Assembly (NCBI GenBank): GCA_044892505.1
Contig: CM097883.1
Span: forward strand, 101,060,001-101,124,000
Direction of reading: 5' to 3'
Origin: Schmidtea nova
Taxonomy: Eukaryota
Length of the DNA: 64,000 bases
Part shown: one piece after another, positions 33,214 to 45,684 of the stretch
How positions within the stretch are numbered: the stretch's first letter is position 1
How the letters are laid out: the number at the start of each line of letters is the position of its first letter
Notes under the pieces: generated by a model
Told to the model about the DNA's origin: nothing
The model's input: only the letters and a program-made list of their open reading frames with translations
Database searches by the model: none
Made by a program: the position numbers and the translations under genes

Positions 33214-33217
<4 letters not shown>
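32810..33217. mobile_element. Partial hAT-like MITE next to a gap
   Basis: GC-rich GGGCGC subterminal motifs and a right end TTACGGCCCT; left end uncertain because of the gap. Confidence 0.45.
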
Positions 33218-33256
<39 letters not shown>

Positions 33257-33993
33257 AAAATTAGTATTTATTTATGCTATCTAATCTATTTTTAGTAATT
33301 ATAAAATTCCAAAAATAGATTTTGTTTTAATTAATTAATTTAATTTAAAATTGATATTGAGGCCTAAGGGCCTATCCCTAACATCAGCAGAAATATTCTA
33401 AAAAGTTAGAATTTTTATGCAGTTTTTAAATGAGATTTATTGGGCTAGTAGAATGGGACAATACATACGCACCGCAATGGAATAGTTTGAATTCACGAAA
33501 ACACAAGATAATACAAGCAAAGTATAGTGCAAGCACCATCAAGTAGGGAGAATAAGTATTTATAAATGAACATACGTGTCTTTCATTTCTTTAAAATGCA
33601 ACAAAAATAAAGTTTGGTAATCGTTTACCATCAAAGATTTGTTCCTTATAAAACGACGAAGATCTGATTGGCATTGAGAATTCTATAATTTCATTATTTA
33701 TTATTGGATAAATTTCATTTGTTGTGCCAAGACCAATTTGATTCCCAGCCAAAATTGATGGATCAACTATTACCCTTCTAAAAAATCATTTGCTTCTAAT
33801 AATTCATTTATAGGTTCATGTTTTGTACACATTTAACTATTAGCTGGGTTTGATCACGTCCATTATTTATGAATACTGACATACCCCTATTAACGTTGTT
33901 AATTGGTTCCAAGAAAACACGACGTTAGGTGAAACAACGTTGTGGGCGGGTGTAGTTATTATAGTGCAAAAACATAAGAAATACATACAAAAT

Positions 33994-34057
<64 letters not shown>

Positions 34058-34133
34058 TTCATCACAAAGTATCATTAAATACATAATATAAAGGACGTTA
34101 ATAGGGGTATGCCTGTACTATTATGCCTAAGTG

Positions 34134-35026
34134 CAGGGCCGGATTAATCCATTTTAGTGCTAAAGGCACAAACTCACAGGGGTACATCTAGCAAAGTTTT
34201 TGAGTATATCGTCAAAGTTAATTTTGCGCAACATATCTGCCTCAATCATAAGCATAAGGAATCGAGCCTTTCTTGTTTCCTTGTTGATCTATTTGGATTT
34301 TTTGTACGTTTCAACTGAGAAAAGAACGATCAGTTGAACAGTTAGTAACCATTAATGTTAAAAATATGCGCAAAGTGATTTCTACATTTTGAAAGGCACC
34401 CTCGATGTTGTCTCTAACTATTACTTTGTATAATTCTCCATAATTGTACGTGTTGTTTTCCGATTTTGATGCAGGAAACTTGTGGCGAATATATGAATGA
34501 AACTGTGCCGATGGTGTCAGTAAAATACTGTTATTCCTGTTGCTTATCTAAAACTAAATAACTTGTTAATTTTCTGCTCGAAGCTTTCACAACAGAAATA
34601 GTGTGCTGTTTCTCTTTGGCTAGTTTTCTCTTTTGTGCACCACTTAACTGATTTTGGGGTCTGAAATTGAAAAAAGTATGTGAAAAGATGTAAATAAAAA
34701 TGAATAAATGATAAAACCATTTAAATTAAAAATAAATTTTATGATTCATTATTTATAATTATAACAAGTTTATAGTAAAGATTTTCCACTTTAACATTAC
34801 CATTTACCAGGAGTTTTTTAAATTTTTTATGCGCTTAATTTTTAAGCATTCAAGATTGTACCAAACTTGAATATGAATTTTAATTATAATGTATATCTTC
34901 GTTTTCATAGCACTTGTTTCTGGACTTAAATTTGTTCAAAAAAAAATGTCTTGAGGACTTGTGGGGCCCCAAACGCCGGGTGCCCAAGGCATGTGCCTTT
35001 TTAGCCTGATGGTTAATCCAGGCCTG
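34134..35026. mobile_element. hAT-type non-autonomous element
   Basis: TIR CAGGGCCGGATTAA / TTAATCCAGGCCTG; 8-bp TSD CCTAAGTG. Confidence 0.88.
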
Positions 35027-35394
35027 CCTAAGTGTATGTTCCATTTTATTTTAAAATGTATTTAATTACACTAATTAGTTCAATCGCCTTCTTATTCAGA
35101 AGTACTCATTGGTTTTCGAGAAAGTTATGGATTTATATTTTCCTAAATTTTGTTCTCTCATATTGTTTTAGTTACTGTTTTACAACATTTTCTTAAATTA
35201 TTATCAAAATAATCAAAAAGCAACATTGAATTCATGTTTACAAACGCAGAAAGTTATATGAACAGTTGAACTTGTTTTGTTAACAGAACAGTGCAATTAC
35301 AGTGAGTCGACGTTTTCCAGCATCCTACACAATTGGAACACAATTAAATCAATTAAAAAACATAATGAAAATATATTTGAATACAAAAAGTCAA

Positions 35395-35464
35395 GGAATA
35401 CCACAAAACCTCATCCAGGAATCAATATTAAATATTTTTGATCCTAGAGTCACAAATGATTTCC
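35395..35464 (-). promoter_or_regulatory. SECIS element (type II, GUGA core) in the 3' UTR of SPS2 copy A
   Basis: Minus strand: GGAAATCATTT-GTGAC-TCTAGGATC-AAA-AATAT-TTA-ATATT-GATTCCTGGA-TGAG-GTTTTG-TGGTATTCC. This gives a UGAC/UGAG quartet, 9-bp helix II with one bulge, unpaired AAA, a mini-stem and helix I. The core is ~32 nt after the stop. Confidence 0.82.
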
Positions 35465-35484
35465 TACATAACCGCAAACTCTAT

Positions 35485-38400
35485 TTAAAAATCGATAATT
35501 TTAACATCGTCCACTATCTTGGCTTTATGAGAACCTAGCGTAACGCGACCCACAATCCACGCTTGATGACCTTCAATTGACGAGTATTCATCAACGAATA
35601 ATTCAGCATTTCCAGGTTCCAAAACCACCAGAAGGCCTCCAGATGTTTCAGGAGAGAATCCACTTCTTAACTTCATCGATCCGTTCAATGCAGTGTCGAT
35701 TTCCATCGCATGCTTTAGGCAGGGTAATGAATCAAAGACAAAGTCTACATTAGCCAATTGGCATTCGACAAGGTTAGTCGCATGTCCAAGTAAGCCAAAT
35801 CCTGTTACATCGGTGCAAGCATTTGCTTTGTATTTATGCATCAGTTTTGCCCCTGAATTCCAATCAATGAAGATATTTATTCAACATCCTGATAACCTTC
35901 CTTGTTTAATGTGGTCATCTGACCAACCGCAGATTCGAGAAGTTCATTTATGTGGTTATCAGTTACAACCTTCTTAATGGCTTCATATCTCTCGTTATTG
36001 TCACACATCCATTGGTAGGAATTGACAGAAATCTGAGTGCCAAGTGGTTTCGTTAAAACAAGCACGTCTCCGACCTTGGCATTATTAGGCCTATGAAGTC
36101 ACAATTAAATAAACCCGAGATCACACACCAATTTCTAATACATGATTATGTTCTCCAGTGGACTTACAGATGTCGCAACACCACCAATAATTAGCCAAGG
36201 ATTAATGACCGTCTGGCCGCCAGTCACGGTCGACCCGGCTTCATTTGCACATTCCTAGACAAAGTGAGCAATAAATCCTTATTCTTACATTGCTTTACTT
36301 GAAACCCTTCAATAATCAATGGAATGGCTGCATATTTTTCACTGTTGGACATCAAATTGCTAATCCCAAGCAGCATTAACATGCTGTCGCAAGTCTCAAC
36401 TCCCATTGCATATAAATCACTCAAAACATTGCAACAAGCAATCCTGCCCTAGAAAAATTATCGATTTATCACAATGCTGCAACTAGTATTTTCCTGTGTA
36501 CTTTTTTTCAGAATAATCTAATATTATTAAACTCAAAATAAAATTGCTATATGATATTCGATGAGAATTCTAATGAGACAAGTTTTGAGGTTGTTTGACA
36601 CTTAATAGTACAGCTGTTTTTATACTATAACAGTTTCTATAATATAAGTTAAAAATTACCAATAGTAAATGAAAATTTACGAATGTGTTACATTTTGAAT
36701 TTTCATAGCTTTTTACATGTGATAGACAAAGTGAAAGAAAAAAAAATAAAATAAACAATGCAAAATGTTTTTTAATTTAAATAAATTAATCTTAAAAATA
36801 TAATATTCTTTTATTTTTATACAAAAAAATATTTTTTTTAAGAATATATTATAAATATTTTCATATTTATAAACAACAGAATGATTGAAAACGAAATCCA
36901 TAATCCCCAATTGAAAATGCTCTAAACCTCGAGTACAGAAAAGACGGTCAGTCTTGTCCAAAGTATGTGGCATTACGCCCATGACATTTGAAAAATTAAA
37001 CGATTGGCGTTTGGTGTTAATTATTTTAGTACAATGCTTGTTGTGTTATGTATTAATGCAAAATGCATGCAAACTTTAAAACTTGAAATCTTTATTTCCG
37101 GAGGGAGTTGTCGAAAAAATTAATATATAACGTCGTAAGTTTTATTTTAATGTATTTTAATATAAAAATTCCTATATTTGCGATAAAAAAGTTTCATTTC
37201 CAGAATCCAGAGATAATGCCGGCATTTCTATACTATTATATATTTGCACAGCAATTTAAATATTTCTAAAGTCTAAGGTAATGCGGAAAAAACAAAATCT
37301 AGGCAAATTTTTAAATCGAAAGCGTAAAATCATAAATTTTAATTGATTTAAATATAATATTATAGTGGAATTTTCAAAATAAACCAAATAAAAATATTCA
37401 TTTTGTCATGTAAATAATTCCAAAAAAGTCTTAGAAAAAATAAAAAACAGTAGAACAAAGAAAATATTTCAAAGCTTGTATAAAGTTGTCTTAATAAATT
37501 AACTTAACTGATAGCTATTTTAGAAAAGTTAAATTTTCATAAAAAACAAAAAAACCTGATTCGTGCGTAGGTTACACAGCTGCATGTTTTATAGAAACTT
37601 TAAAAATATGAAAACCGGGTTATATAATTTAAATTGTTCCTTTAGTTAATCTTAATATTTGTCTGTTCANNNNNNNNNNNNNNNNNNNNNNNNNNNNNNN
37701 NNNNNNNNNNNNNNNNNNNNNNNNNNNNNNNNNNNNNNNNNNNNNNNNNNNNNNNNNNNNNNNNNNNNNNNNNNNNNNNNNNNNNNNNNNNNNNNNNNNN
37801 NNNNNNNNNNNNNNNNNTTGGATTTAAATTCCTTTTTATATTAACTTTAGCAGTTTGAGAAAGTTCCATGTTAAAAATTTGTAATATTAATACGATTACA
37901 GAGATATCTTTATAATTCATAAAGATAATCTTTCAAAGCTTGTATAATGATCTCATATCATTATGAGATCTAAATAAAAGTCTTAAAAGATATCTTTATA
38001 AATTAATTTACTTGATAAGCATAAGTTATTTTTTTGTGGAAACCAGTGTACTGTGTAAGAAACTTGATCCCATCTGAGGAAATATATACATATATAAAAT
38101 TAAATATTTAGTTTTAAATTTTAAAAGGACTTTAATTAAAGTAAAAAAATTGTTGGTGTATGGGTTATTATAAGATTTTATTACTAGGGATTACGTTAAC
38201 CCACATACCATCATGAAAATGTTAAATCTCCCTCACTCGTGTACCCATAGTTACTCCCCAGTAATATATGTTGGTAATGTACTCATTAATGTGAGAATTC
38301 AATGAGCAGGTGAGCTTTGTTGTCAAAACTTCTCCTCACTGTATGTGTGTGTATATGTTATTACAATATTGAACAAATAGAATAACAATTTTTCAACAAT

Positions 38401-41400
38401 TAACTTAACAAGTTTTATTTAAAAAATAACAATAAATCGTAAACCATATACTCGTGTAAGCAATAACGTCATAATTCTTTAAAAAGTTTATTTTCATCAA
38501 TTTCTATTTTTTCGCATTCTGCATAGTTTTTTTTCTGTTTTCTAGAATATGGTTTACGATTTATTGTTATTTATTAAATAAAATTTGTAAAGTTAATTGT
38601 TGAAAAATTGTTATTCTATCTGTTGGATATTGTAATAACATACACACGCAAACTAACATACACATATACAACCCGCACCCCAGTAGTCCCGATACCTTCT
38701 TTTACATGAGGCTCTGTTGGGCGCAACAGTTTTCCCTTTCAGATACATTTACATTATACAACGTATAACGATGACTAGCATCTTCTATAATGCTAGTTGG
38801 TGTGCGAATTCATGATTACTCGTGAATTTTCTTTGTTTTAAGTAAGAAATTTAATTTAATTATTCATTTAAATATGACTTTTAGTAATTTATCAACATAA
38901 AAAAGGATTTATATTAGCATAAAGTAAGAAAAATTTATATTTTTATTAAAATTTATTATTTTATAACATTAATCTCCAAAGATATCTATTTTTTGCTGCA
39001 TTTTGGAAAAATGCGAGCGATATGCTGATAATAATTTTTGAGATTTTTGTATTCATCTTTTTCTAATTCATTATCTACATAATCTAACAGTTTGTTTCTA
39101 TTTTCTTCGGAAATCTTTGATTTGCTGCCACCGATTTTCATTTTGATATAAAGCCAAATTTTTTATACTTAACTACTATTACTTTTATTGTGTTTTTAGT
39201 AATTCCTAACAGTCTGCCAAATTAAAAATTATCCTCCCTATTTTCCATGGCATTCACGATTTTGACTTTGTCAGCTTCTGAAATTCTGTTACAATATTAC
39301 ATTTTTAAAATTTTGACCAATAAAACCTCCTATTTTTTGATTATATATAACTATTATTGATTAACATGAATTCTGTCAAAATAATAAACACATATATGGT
39401 ACTTACTGTTATGTGTACTATTGGTTATTTGGGTTAGCTGTTTTGATTTAGCGTAGTTGAGTGTTTAGAGATTTGTAAGTGCCCAAAAGAGTCTCCCAAA
39501 AATTATTGTGGGGACAATTGGGGTGCCTGTATGTGTAATGTATTTGTGAACCAACGAACACACAAACTATTATAATAGATTTATTAATTATACAAAGTGG
39601 TAAAAAACATATAATATTTTTTTTAAATAAACACAAAACCAAGAAGTTACTTTATAATTGGTTTCTCAATAACTAATTAGGTTTGTAACTAATTTAGGAT
39701 TTGTAATTGTTCGTTTTCGTCAAAGGAAAAAAGATTAATTCCAATGTTGTAATAATATATTTTCAATTCCGTAATTTCCAATTTCCAATTTTCAATTTCA
39801 ATTTATATTTTCTTAATTTCTTTTTCTCTTTTTCTGCAGTAATTTTTGTCAAGTCGGAATAGCTATCGTTATTGCTATACTATAATTTCTTATTCTTTTG
39901 AAATTGTTCCGTAGTTTTTAAAATTATTATTCTTATATCGGTATTTCTACAGAAAGCTTTTCAATTGTGATTTGATGTTTGATTTAATTTTAATTTTAAT
40001 TTTTTTACTTTTATTATTGTCATAATTCTTACATTATGACAATAAACTGACAAAGCTGTTGGGTTCACCACACTTACTAATGGTATAACAAACATCATTC
40101 CATGTCTTTTAGGTTCTTGGCTATTCCGGGTCAAATATTGGTGAAAACTGTCTGAAGTGCAATGTTTGGACATTTTTAGGGCATTCTGTATGCAAGCTAC
40201 ATTTAAGATCAAAACACCATTCAACTCAGCATGAAAAAATGAATAAATACTGAAAATTTCAGCCTGATATCTCTTATATTTTTTGAAATATTCACGTTCA
40301 AATATCGCGAAAATTTAAATGTCGCACGAACTCGCGACTACCCTTAAAACTTTAAAAAATCATATCTCGGAAAGTTTTTGACCAAATGGCTTGAAATTTG
40401 CAGGAATTACTCAACTTTGTATGTACTACAAGCCCTGAAATTTTCAGGAAGATCTGAGATGGTGTGGTTAACAATTGTCAGAATGCTGGTAAAGTTGACA
40501 TGGAATGACCCAGCTTCTATTTATTCTATTTTGTGTTACACCTACGCATTCTATTCATTAAATAAACATATTTATAATTTAATTTGTATATTTATTTTAA
40601 TATCTTAATTATTTTAATAAATGAATTATTTATTTGTTTTTCAATAAAATTAGTTTTAAAATTTATATACCAAATATTTATTAATTCCATTAAAATGTGT
40701 GTGTGTCCAATATGGCGTCATTTTGTGCACGTTAATTGATTAAATAATCGAATTTTCCTATTTTTATCCCTGTCTCTATTATTTTACCGGTATTTACCCC
40801 TTTACCGCGTGTCACGAGTTAACTTGTCATAAAAATGTTGGGCTTAACCGTGCAATTTTCTTAAAAAAAGTAAGACAATTCAAGTTTTTCTTATTTTTCT
40901 CACAATTTCTAAAAGATAACTCATTTTCACTTAAAAAAACATTTTATTTTGCCAGGACAACATAACATATCAAATTATGAAAGAAAAAAATACACGGTTT
41001 GCATAACAAAAAAAAATTTCCACGGTAAAGGGGTTAATGGGGATTTCTAGGCACTTATTCACTTTACGCCCCCCCAGGGTTGAATAAAATAATAAAATAA
41101 TAATATTATTATAATAAGATGAAAAAGTATTATTATTATTATTGCTGTGGCGTTGGATGGGTTAAAACAAAAAGATAAAATAAATATGCGCTCTAGGGAT
41201 TCCTCCATCCAAGACCTAACATAAAATGCTTACATATCACACGAGCACCCTCGATCATTTCCCTATAATAATCGAGTTGGAAATGTGCAAGGTGTTTGAA
41301 CAATGATGGGCAGGTGAGCTCTATTGCTAAAACTACTCCCCATTTATGTTCACGGGTTCGTCTCGCTGCCGATAGAAGGACTTGCGCTTTACCTTTACTT

Positions 41401-44400
41401 TAATCTATCCGCATTCATTATCTTTTAATTCAATTTTCCTTTCTGCCCCCTTTCTTTACAATATATTTCAACTCTCAACTTTTCTTTCAGCCCCCTTCTT
41501 TACAATATCATCAAATAATCTTTAATCAATTTCAATATGTTATCTCTTTAATGCTCTTATTGTTTATTATATTTATGCCAATTCTATTGTTATTTATAAT
41601 CTACATTTTAATTTAAATTATTTTAATAAATCACTTTATTTCATATACTTTACAATAAAATAAATACCAAACAAAAATTATTTAATAGGCGAAAATTTAC
41701 ACATAACTAAATCACAGAATTCCTATTCAAAATATTTAATAATGTCTTCATCGGAAACTACAAAATTCATTGTCAAATCGATCTCCGGAATTTCTTTTGA
41801 AGGTTGTGCCAATTGTTGGAGAACTTGCTTTTTCCAGCGACGCTGACGCGCGCCCATCTTACTCTTCTTCTTTTTTTTGACTTTGGGATTGGTCGTGCTC
41901 TTTGGTGTGGTTGCTACTGCTATTGTTCGAACCTGAGATGGTTCATCTGTGTTCGTTCCTTTCGAACATCCTGACTTCTCTTCAGCCCACTGCTGATAGG
42001 TAATTGGTCTGATGAGTTGTTTTAACTCCTGATTGAGATACGAAGCCGTCACCGATTTTAGGCACTTCTTCAGCTCCATCTTAGTCGCATCCAGTTCCAT
42101 CTGTATTTCGCCGTTTGCTCGCTGTGAGCGTTGAGTTTTGAGGATTTGCGCTTTCATTTGATCTGGACTAAACCAGTTCTTCTTTAAATTTGAGATCAGA
42201 ACATCGGCCTCTTTTATCTTTTCAGATTTTCGCAACATCTCTTTTTCGAGGCTGCGGATAATGCGCCACGCCTTGTCCAATTCTGCTTGACGATTGAGTG
42301 AATTGTTAGCCATTTTCTGTGAATCAAAGTTATCCATTAATATAAATTTGGTGGGATTCGAACTTTTCAGATTCCATATTTTACTAGGAAGAGAAATGAA
42401 CACACATTCTGTCGTTTAACACTGTCGCTATGTACAGCGATCAGATACATTTATTTCATAATATATTTTATTTATTCACGCCTGTGCTATGTACAGCAAT
42501 CAGGATACGAAATTATTTAAATAAAACTAAGATCTACTGCCCTACGTACAGGGTTCAGGATAATAAATTAGTTTAATTAATGATTTAGCTGCGTTGAATA
42601 TTTGATCCTATAGCCTATTGATGATATGCTACTTGCGTGGTAGATCACTACGCTATTAAAGTTATCGATTTTTCTTTTACGTTATTATATTAAAGGTGTA
42701 TTTTGTACGAATTCCTATACGTTGTATCTGCCGCTTTATGCCCGCAAACCCCAGATGTGACAATCGAAAAATAGGGTAACATTCTGTTAATCCAAATGTG
42801 AAATTTGATCAATAATGATCGCATCTATTATAGACTCAAAATAAAATCAAACTCAACTCAAACTCATAAGAATCAACTCTATTATAACATAAAACTTCAA
42901 CTGGTTATACTATCCAGTGATAAAAATTGTTAGTGATCATGGTTAGTAAAAATCCCTACCCTCCTCGCGGCGCTTTACACCGGTTGGACGGCCTAACTGT
43001 ACGGAGCAGTCATTCTACTCGGCACAGTATGCCTCCATTTCACCGATTTCACGGTGATCGGAGCCCCTTGAATCATACGTATATCTACTTAAATACCATA
43101 TATAATATGAATTCGCCTCCTTCCACCGCTTATACAGTGGAAGAAGCTCGACCCAAAAATTATTCATAAAAATATACTTATACCTAATTGTTAGTAGAAT
43201 ATAATAACGTTGTCTCCTTCCACCGATTACACGGTGGAAGAAGCTCAATAAACTATCAATAAACGTTTAAATCCCTACGTCTCCTTCCCCCGATTACACA
43301 GTGGAAGAAGCTTAAATAATTCTAAATTCAAAAAAAATATAAAGCATATATAAAACCTAATAAAATTTATTTATGTTTAAATAATGTTGACAGAAATCAT
43401 AATACAACAAGAAAAAAATAAAATCAAATATACCTTCAATTTTCTGCACAAAACCTTTACGTATTTAACAGTAAAATTTCAGTATCAAAATGATCATTAT
43501 TTTTCTGAATCTGGATCAGTATTTATACTGACCAGATCAAATGCTGAACCAATCAGCTTGAAGCTGATCATCAGACCAGTACAAATAATAAATTTTACTA
43601 AAAAATAAAATCGATTTATTTTGTTTTAAATCGTTAACTTTTCTTGTTTTGATTTCTAAAATTTTTGTAATTCTTTTTCTTTATTACTTATTTACTTCAC
43701 TTTCTTTTTATTTAAATATAATTACCTATCATTTTTCTTAACGCTTTTAACAGTTTCAATTCTATTTCTTCTAATTCTTGCTATTAAATTTATATTTTTT
43801 ATTACTTTTAATTCATCTTTTCTGCAATTTCTCATAATTATATTAATATTAATTTATTCCCATTTATTCCTTAATGTTATTATTTTTACATCTAACTGTT
43901 GATCAAATGGTGGATCCAACATTATTATTATTTATCATTTTCCACTTTTTTTGACCATATGAAATTACTTTATAAAAACATTGAAAACATGAATGAAAAT
44001 GTCAATATGGTTTAGAATAAAATATCTACACAATTATTAATTAATTAATTTATTAATAATACTTTTTTATTTTATTATTTTATTATTTTATTCAACCCTG
44101 GGGAATAAGTGCCGATTTCTACAATAATTTTTAAAGAATTATTCTTGATTTTGATTTCAAATTTATCTTCGATCATGCTTTTTCGTATTTAATACACAAG
44201 CAATGATCTGCAATGACCTGCACTCAAATTGTATGCTCTCTTTTGAGATGCCTATTTTTTATCGTTTTATCTTTACCTCGGCCGATTTATGAAATGCGGT
44301 TCGTATTTCTACTATTTGCGCTTTAATATGCTATATACTTTTGTGCTATTTCTCTGCTTAATGCTTTTAAGTGCTGTCGTAAGCTTCGAATTCGCCTCTT

Positions 44401-45684
44401 TTTGTATGAATTTATTTTTCGACGCATTAATACAAAAATTTAACCTCACTCTACCAGCCCAAAACAATATTAAAAGAAATCAAATCAAATATAGCCAGTT
44501 AAAAAAATAATTTAAATTTTGTAATTTCTACATTATAAATTTATTTTATAAATCAATAAAATATGTCAGCTCAAATTATAATTCAATAATTTTGGTTGTT
44601 AGGTAAACGATATTTTGGCACACCCTTTATCAAATACACACTTGATAAAGGTTGTGACGAAATATTGTGTTCCTAACAACCAAAAAATATTTGATCTCTA
44701 GTCATACAATTATTAATATGAAAATTATTGAATTAAAAAAACACCAAATGTCAAACCAAAACATAATTATGAATTCAAATTATATTTTACAATATATTTT
44801 GAGAATACAATTCTCATTTTCAAGTATTTTAGGTCACCACCACAATATTTAATAAGTGTATAGATTTTTCTAAAGAAGTTAACAATGTTTCAACATTCAA
44901 AAATATCATAAAATTTAAATACAAGTATTTGCTAACAACGATAAGATGTTCTAAAACTTAAGGAGAGGGGAGATAGGCAAACATATCCAATTTGGTGGTA
45001 TTATATTTATTACGTAAGAAAAATTATGTATGGCCGCAAACAACTGCTTAGTAGGAATTATCAAATTATTTAAAGAATACCCATTCAGAAGAAAGGGTAA
45101 TGTAAAGTGGCATATGTTAACCATATATGTTTACCAAAATTAATAAAATAGACTTGGCATACAAATTTAACAGTCGGGACTAAATTTAAAGGGTTTAAAT
45201 ATTTATATTAAATAAAAGTTGTTTATTTAAAATATGTCATGTACTAGAAGGGAATAACAAACTGATTAATGTATTAATAAATCAGGAGAGAATATTTTAT
45301 TGAATGATATATTGTAACATATTCACTCACCATTGTATATGGATCATCAATTAGCGGATAAAAGAAGTCAGTGGTTTGAATTAAATGCAAATTGTGATGC
45401 CTCAATGGAATAACACAAGAATCTAGTCCAATACCTATCACAAATTAATTTTCAAAATCTTTTCCATAATACAAATTATCACCTATTAATGGTTTAATAA
45501 GAGATGATTTAGAATCACCGTCATTAGATAAACCACTTTTTGTAAGTCCCTCGAGCATACCTTTAAGATCTGCTTGAGGGACTTTACAACCTCACCCTTT
45601 TAAAGTGGTAAACTTTGTAAGCTTAAAATTAGAATCTAAGCCTTTTTCCAATGCATTACATTTACCAGAAATTTTAATTATCAT
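35485..45684 (-). CDS. SEPHS2: Selenophosphate synthetase 2 (selenoprotein), copy A; 6 exons, 376 aa, Sec at codon 31 (TGA 45594-45592)
   Basis: Exons 45684-45483, 45434-45331, 36448-36299, 36254-36142, 36090-35897, 35852-35485; GT-AG, 1131 nt in frame. Motifs [82 protein letters not shown] short upstream exon cannot be excluded (ATG follows TTTTAG). Confidence 0.94.
38346..38650. mobile_element. Foldback/MITE-like element with ~110-bp imperfect inverted repeats
   Basis: AATAGAATAACAATTTTTCAACAATTAACTT...AATAACAATAAATCGTAAACCATAT is mirrored by ATATGGTTTACGATTTATTGTTATT...AAGTTAATTGTTGAAAAATTGTTATTCTAT. Confidence 0.7.
40797..41033. mobile_element. piggyBac-type MITE
   Basis: TIR CCCCTTTACCG / CGGTAAAGGGG; flanks TTTA and TTAA. 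Confidence 0.7.
41723..42403 (-). CDS. Uncharacterised protein: coiled-coil N-half, Thr-rich linker, Lys/Arg-rich motif, acidic tail (up to 226 aa; a downstream Met start is possible)
   Basis: Long open GC-richer ORF in AT-rich DNA. Aligns without gaps over 67 aa (21 identities) to the 57715-58272 reading frame. Confidence 0.65.
   Translation of the reverse strand: MFISLPSKIWNLKSSNPTKFILMDNFDSQKMANNSLNRQAELDKAWRIIRSLEKEMLRKSEKIKEADVLISNLKKNWFSPDQMKAQILKTQRSQRANGEIQMELDATKMELKKCLKSVTASYLNQELKQLIRPITYQQWAEEKSGCSKGTNTDEPSQVRTIAVATTPKSTTNPKVKKKKKSKMGARQRRWKKQVLQQLAQPSKEIPEIDLTMNFVVSDEDIIKYFE
43033..43310 (-). repeat. Array of 30-nt hairpin units (three close copies at 43117, 43214, 43281; one degenerate at 43033)
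   Basis: Minus strand CTTCTTCCAC(C/T)G-N6-CGG(T/G)GGAAGGAG, a 12-bp stem with 6-nt loop; irregular unique spacers. Confidence 0.8.
45541..45588 (-). promoter_or_regulatory. Sec redefinition element (SRE)-like hairpin starting 3 nt after the UGA of SPS2 copy A (identical in copy B, 53118-53165)
   Basis: TGTA(A)AGTCCCTC pairs with GAGGGACTTACA (12 bp, one bulge); inner AGCA/TGCT stem. Confidence 0.65.

Larger units (their letters stand above)
41561..43921 (-). mobile_element. TG..CA element with LTR-like promoter and a single uncharacterised ORF (relative of 55583-58676)
   Basis: Minus strand starts TGTTGG at 43921. It shares the 14-mer AGTATAAATACTGA and other 5' blocks with the 55583 element. 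Candidate TSD TTAT, but this is weak in an AT-rich context, so the lower boundary is uncertain. Confidence 0.5.

Noticed and set aside
36713-36982. 89-aa ORF next to SPS exon 3
   Set aside because: No recognisable motif, becomes low-complexity AT-rich, lies in SPS intron 2 and is not needed for the reading frame.
43033-43310. CRISPR-like appearance (palindromic repeats with unique spacers)
   Set aside because: Eukaryotic context, only 3-4 units, irregular spacers (~37-67 nt), no cas genes; better explained as leader hairpins of a mobile element.
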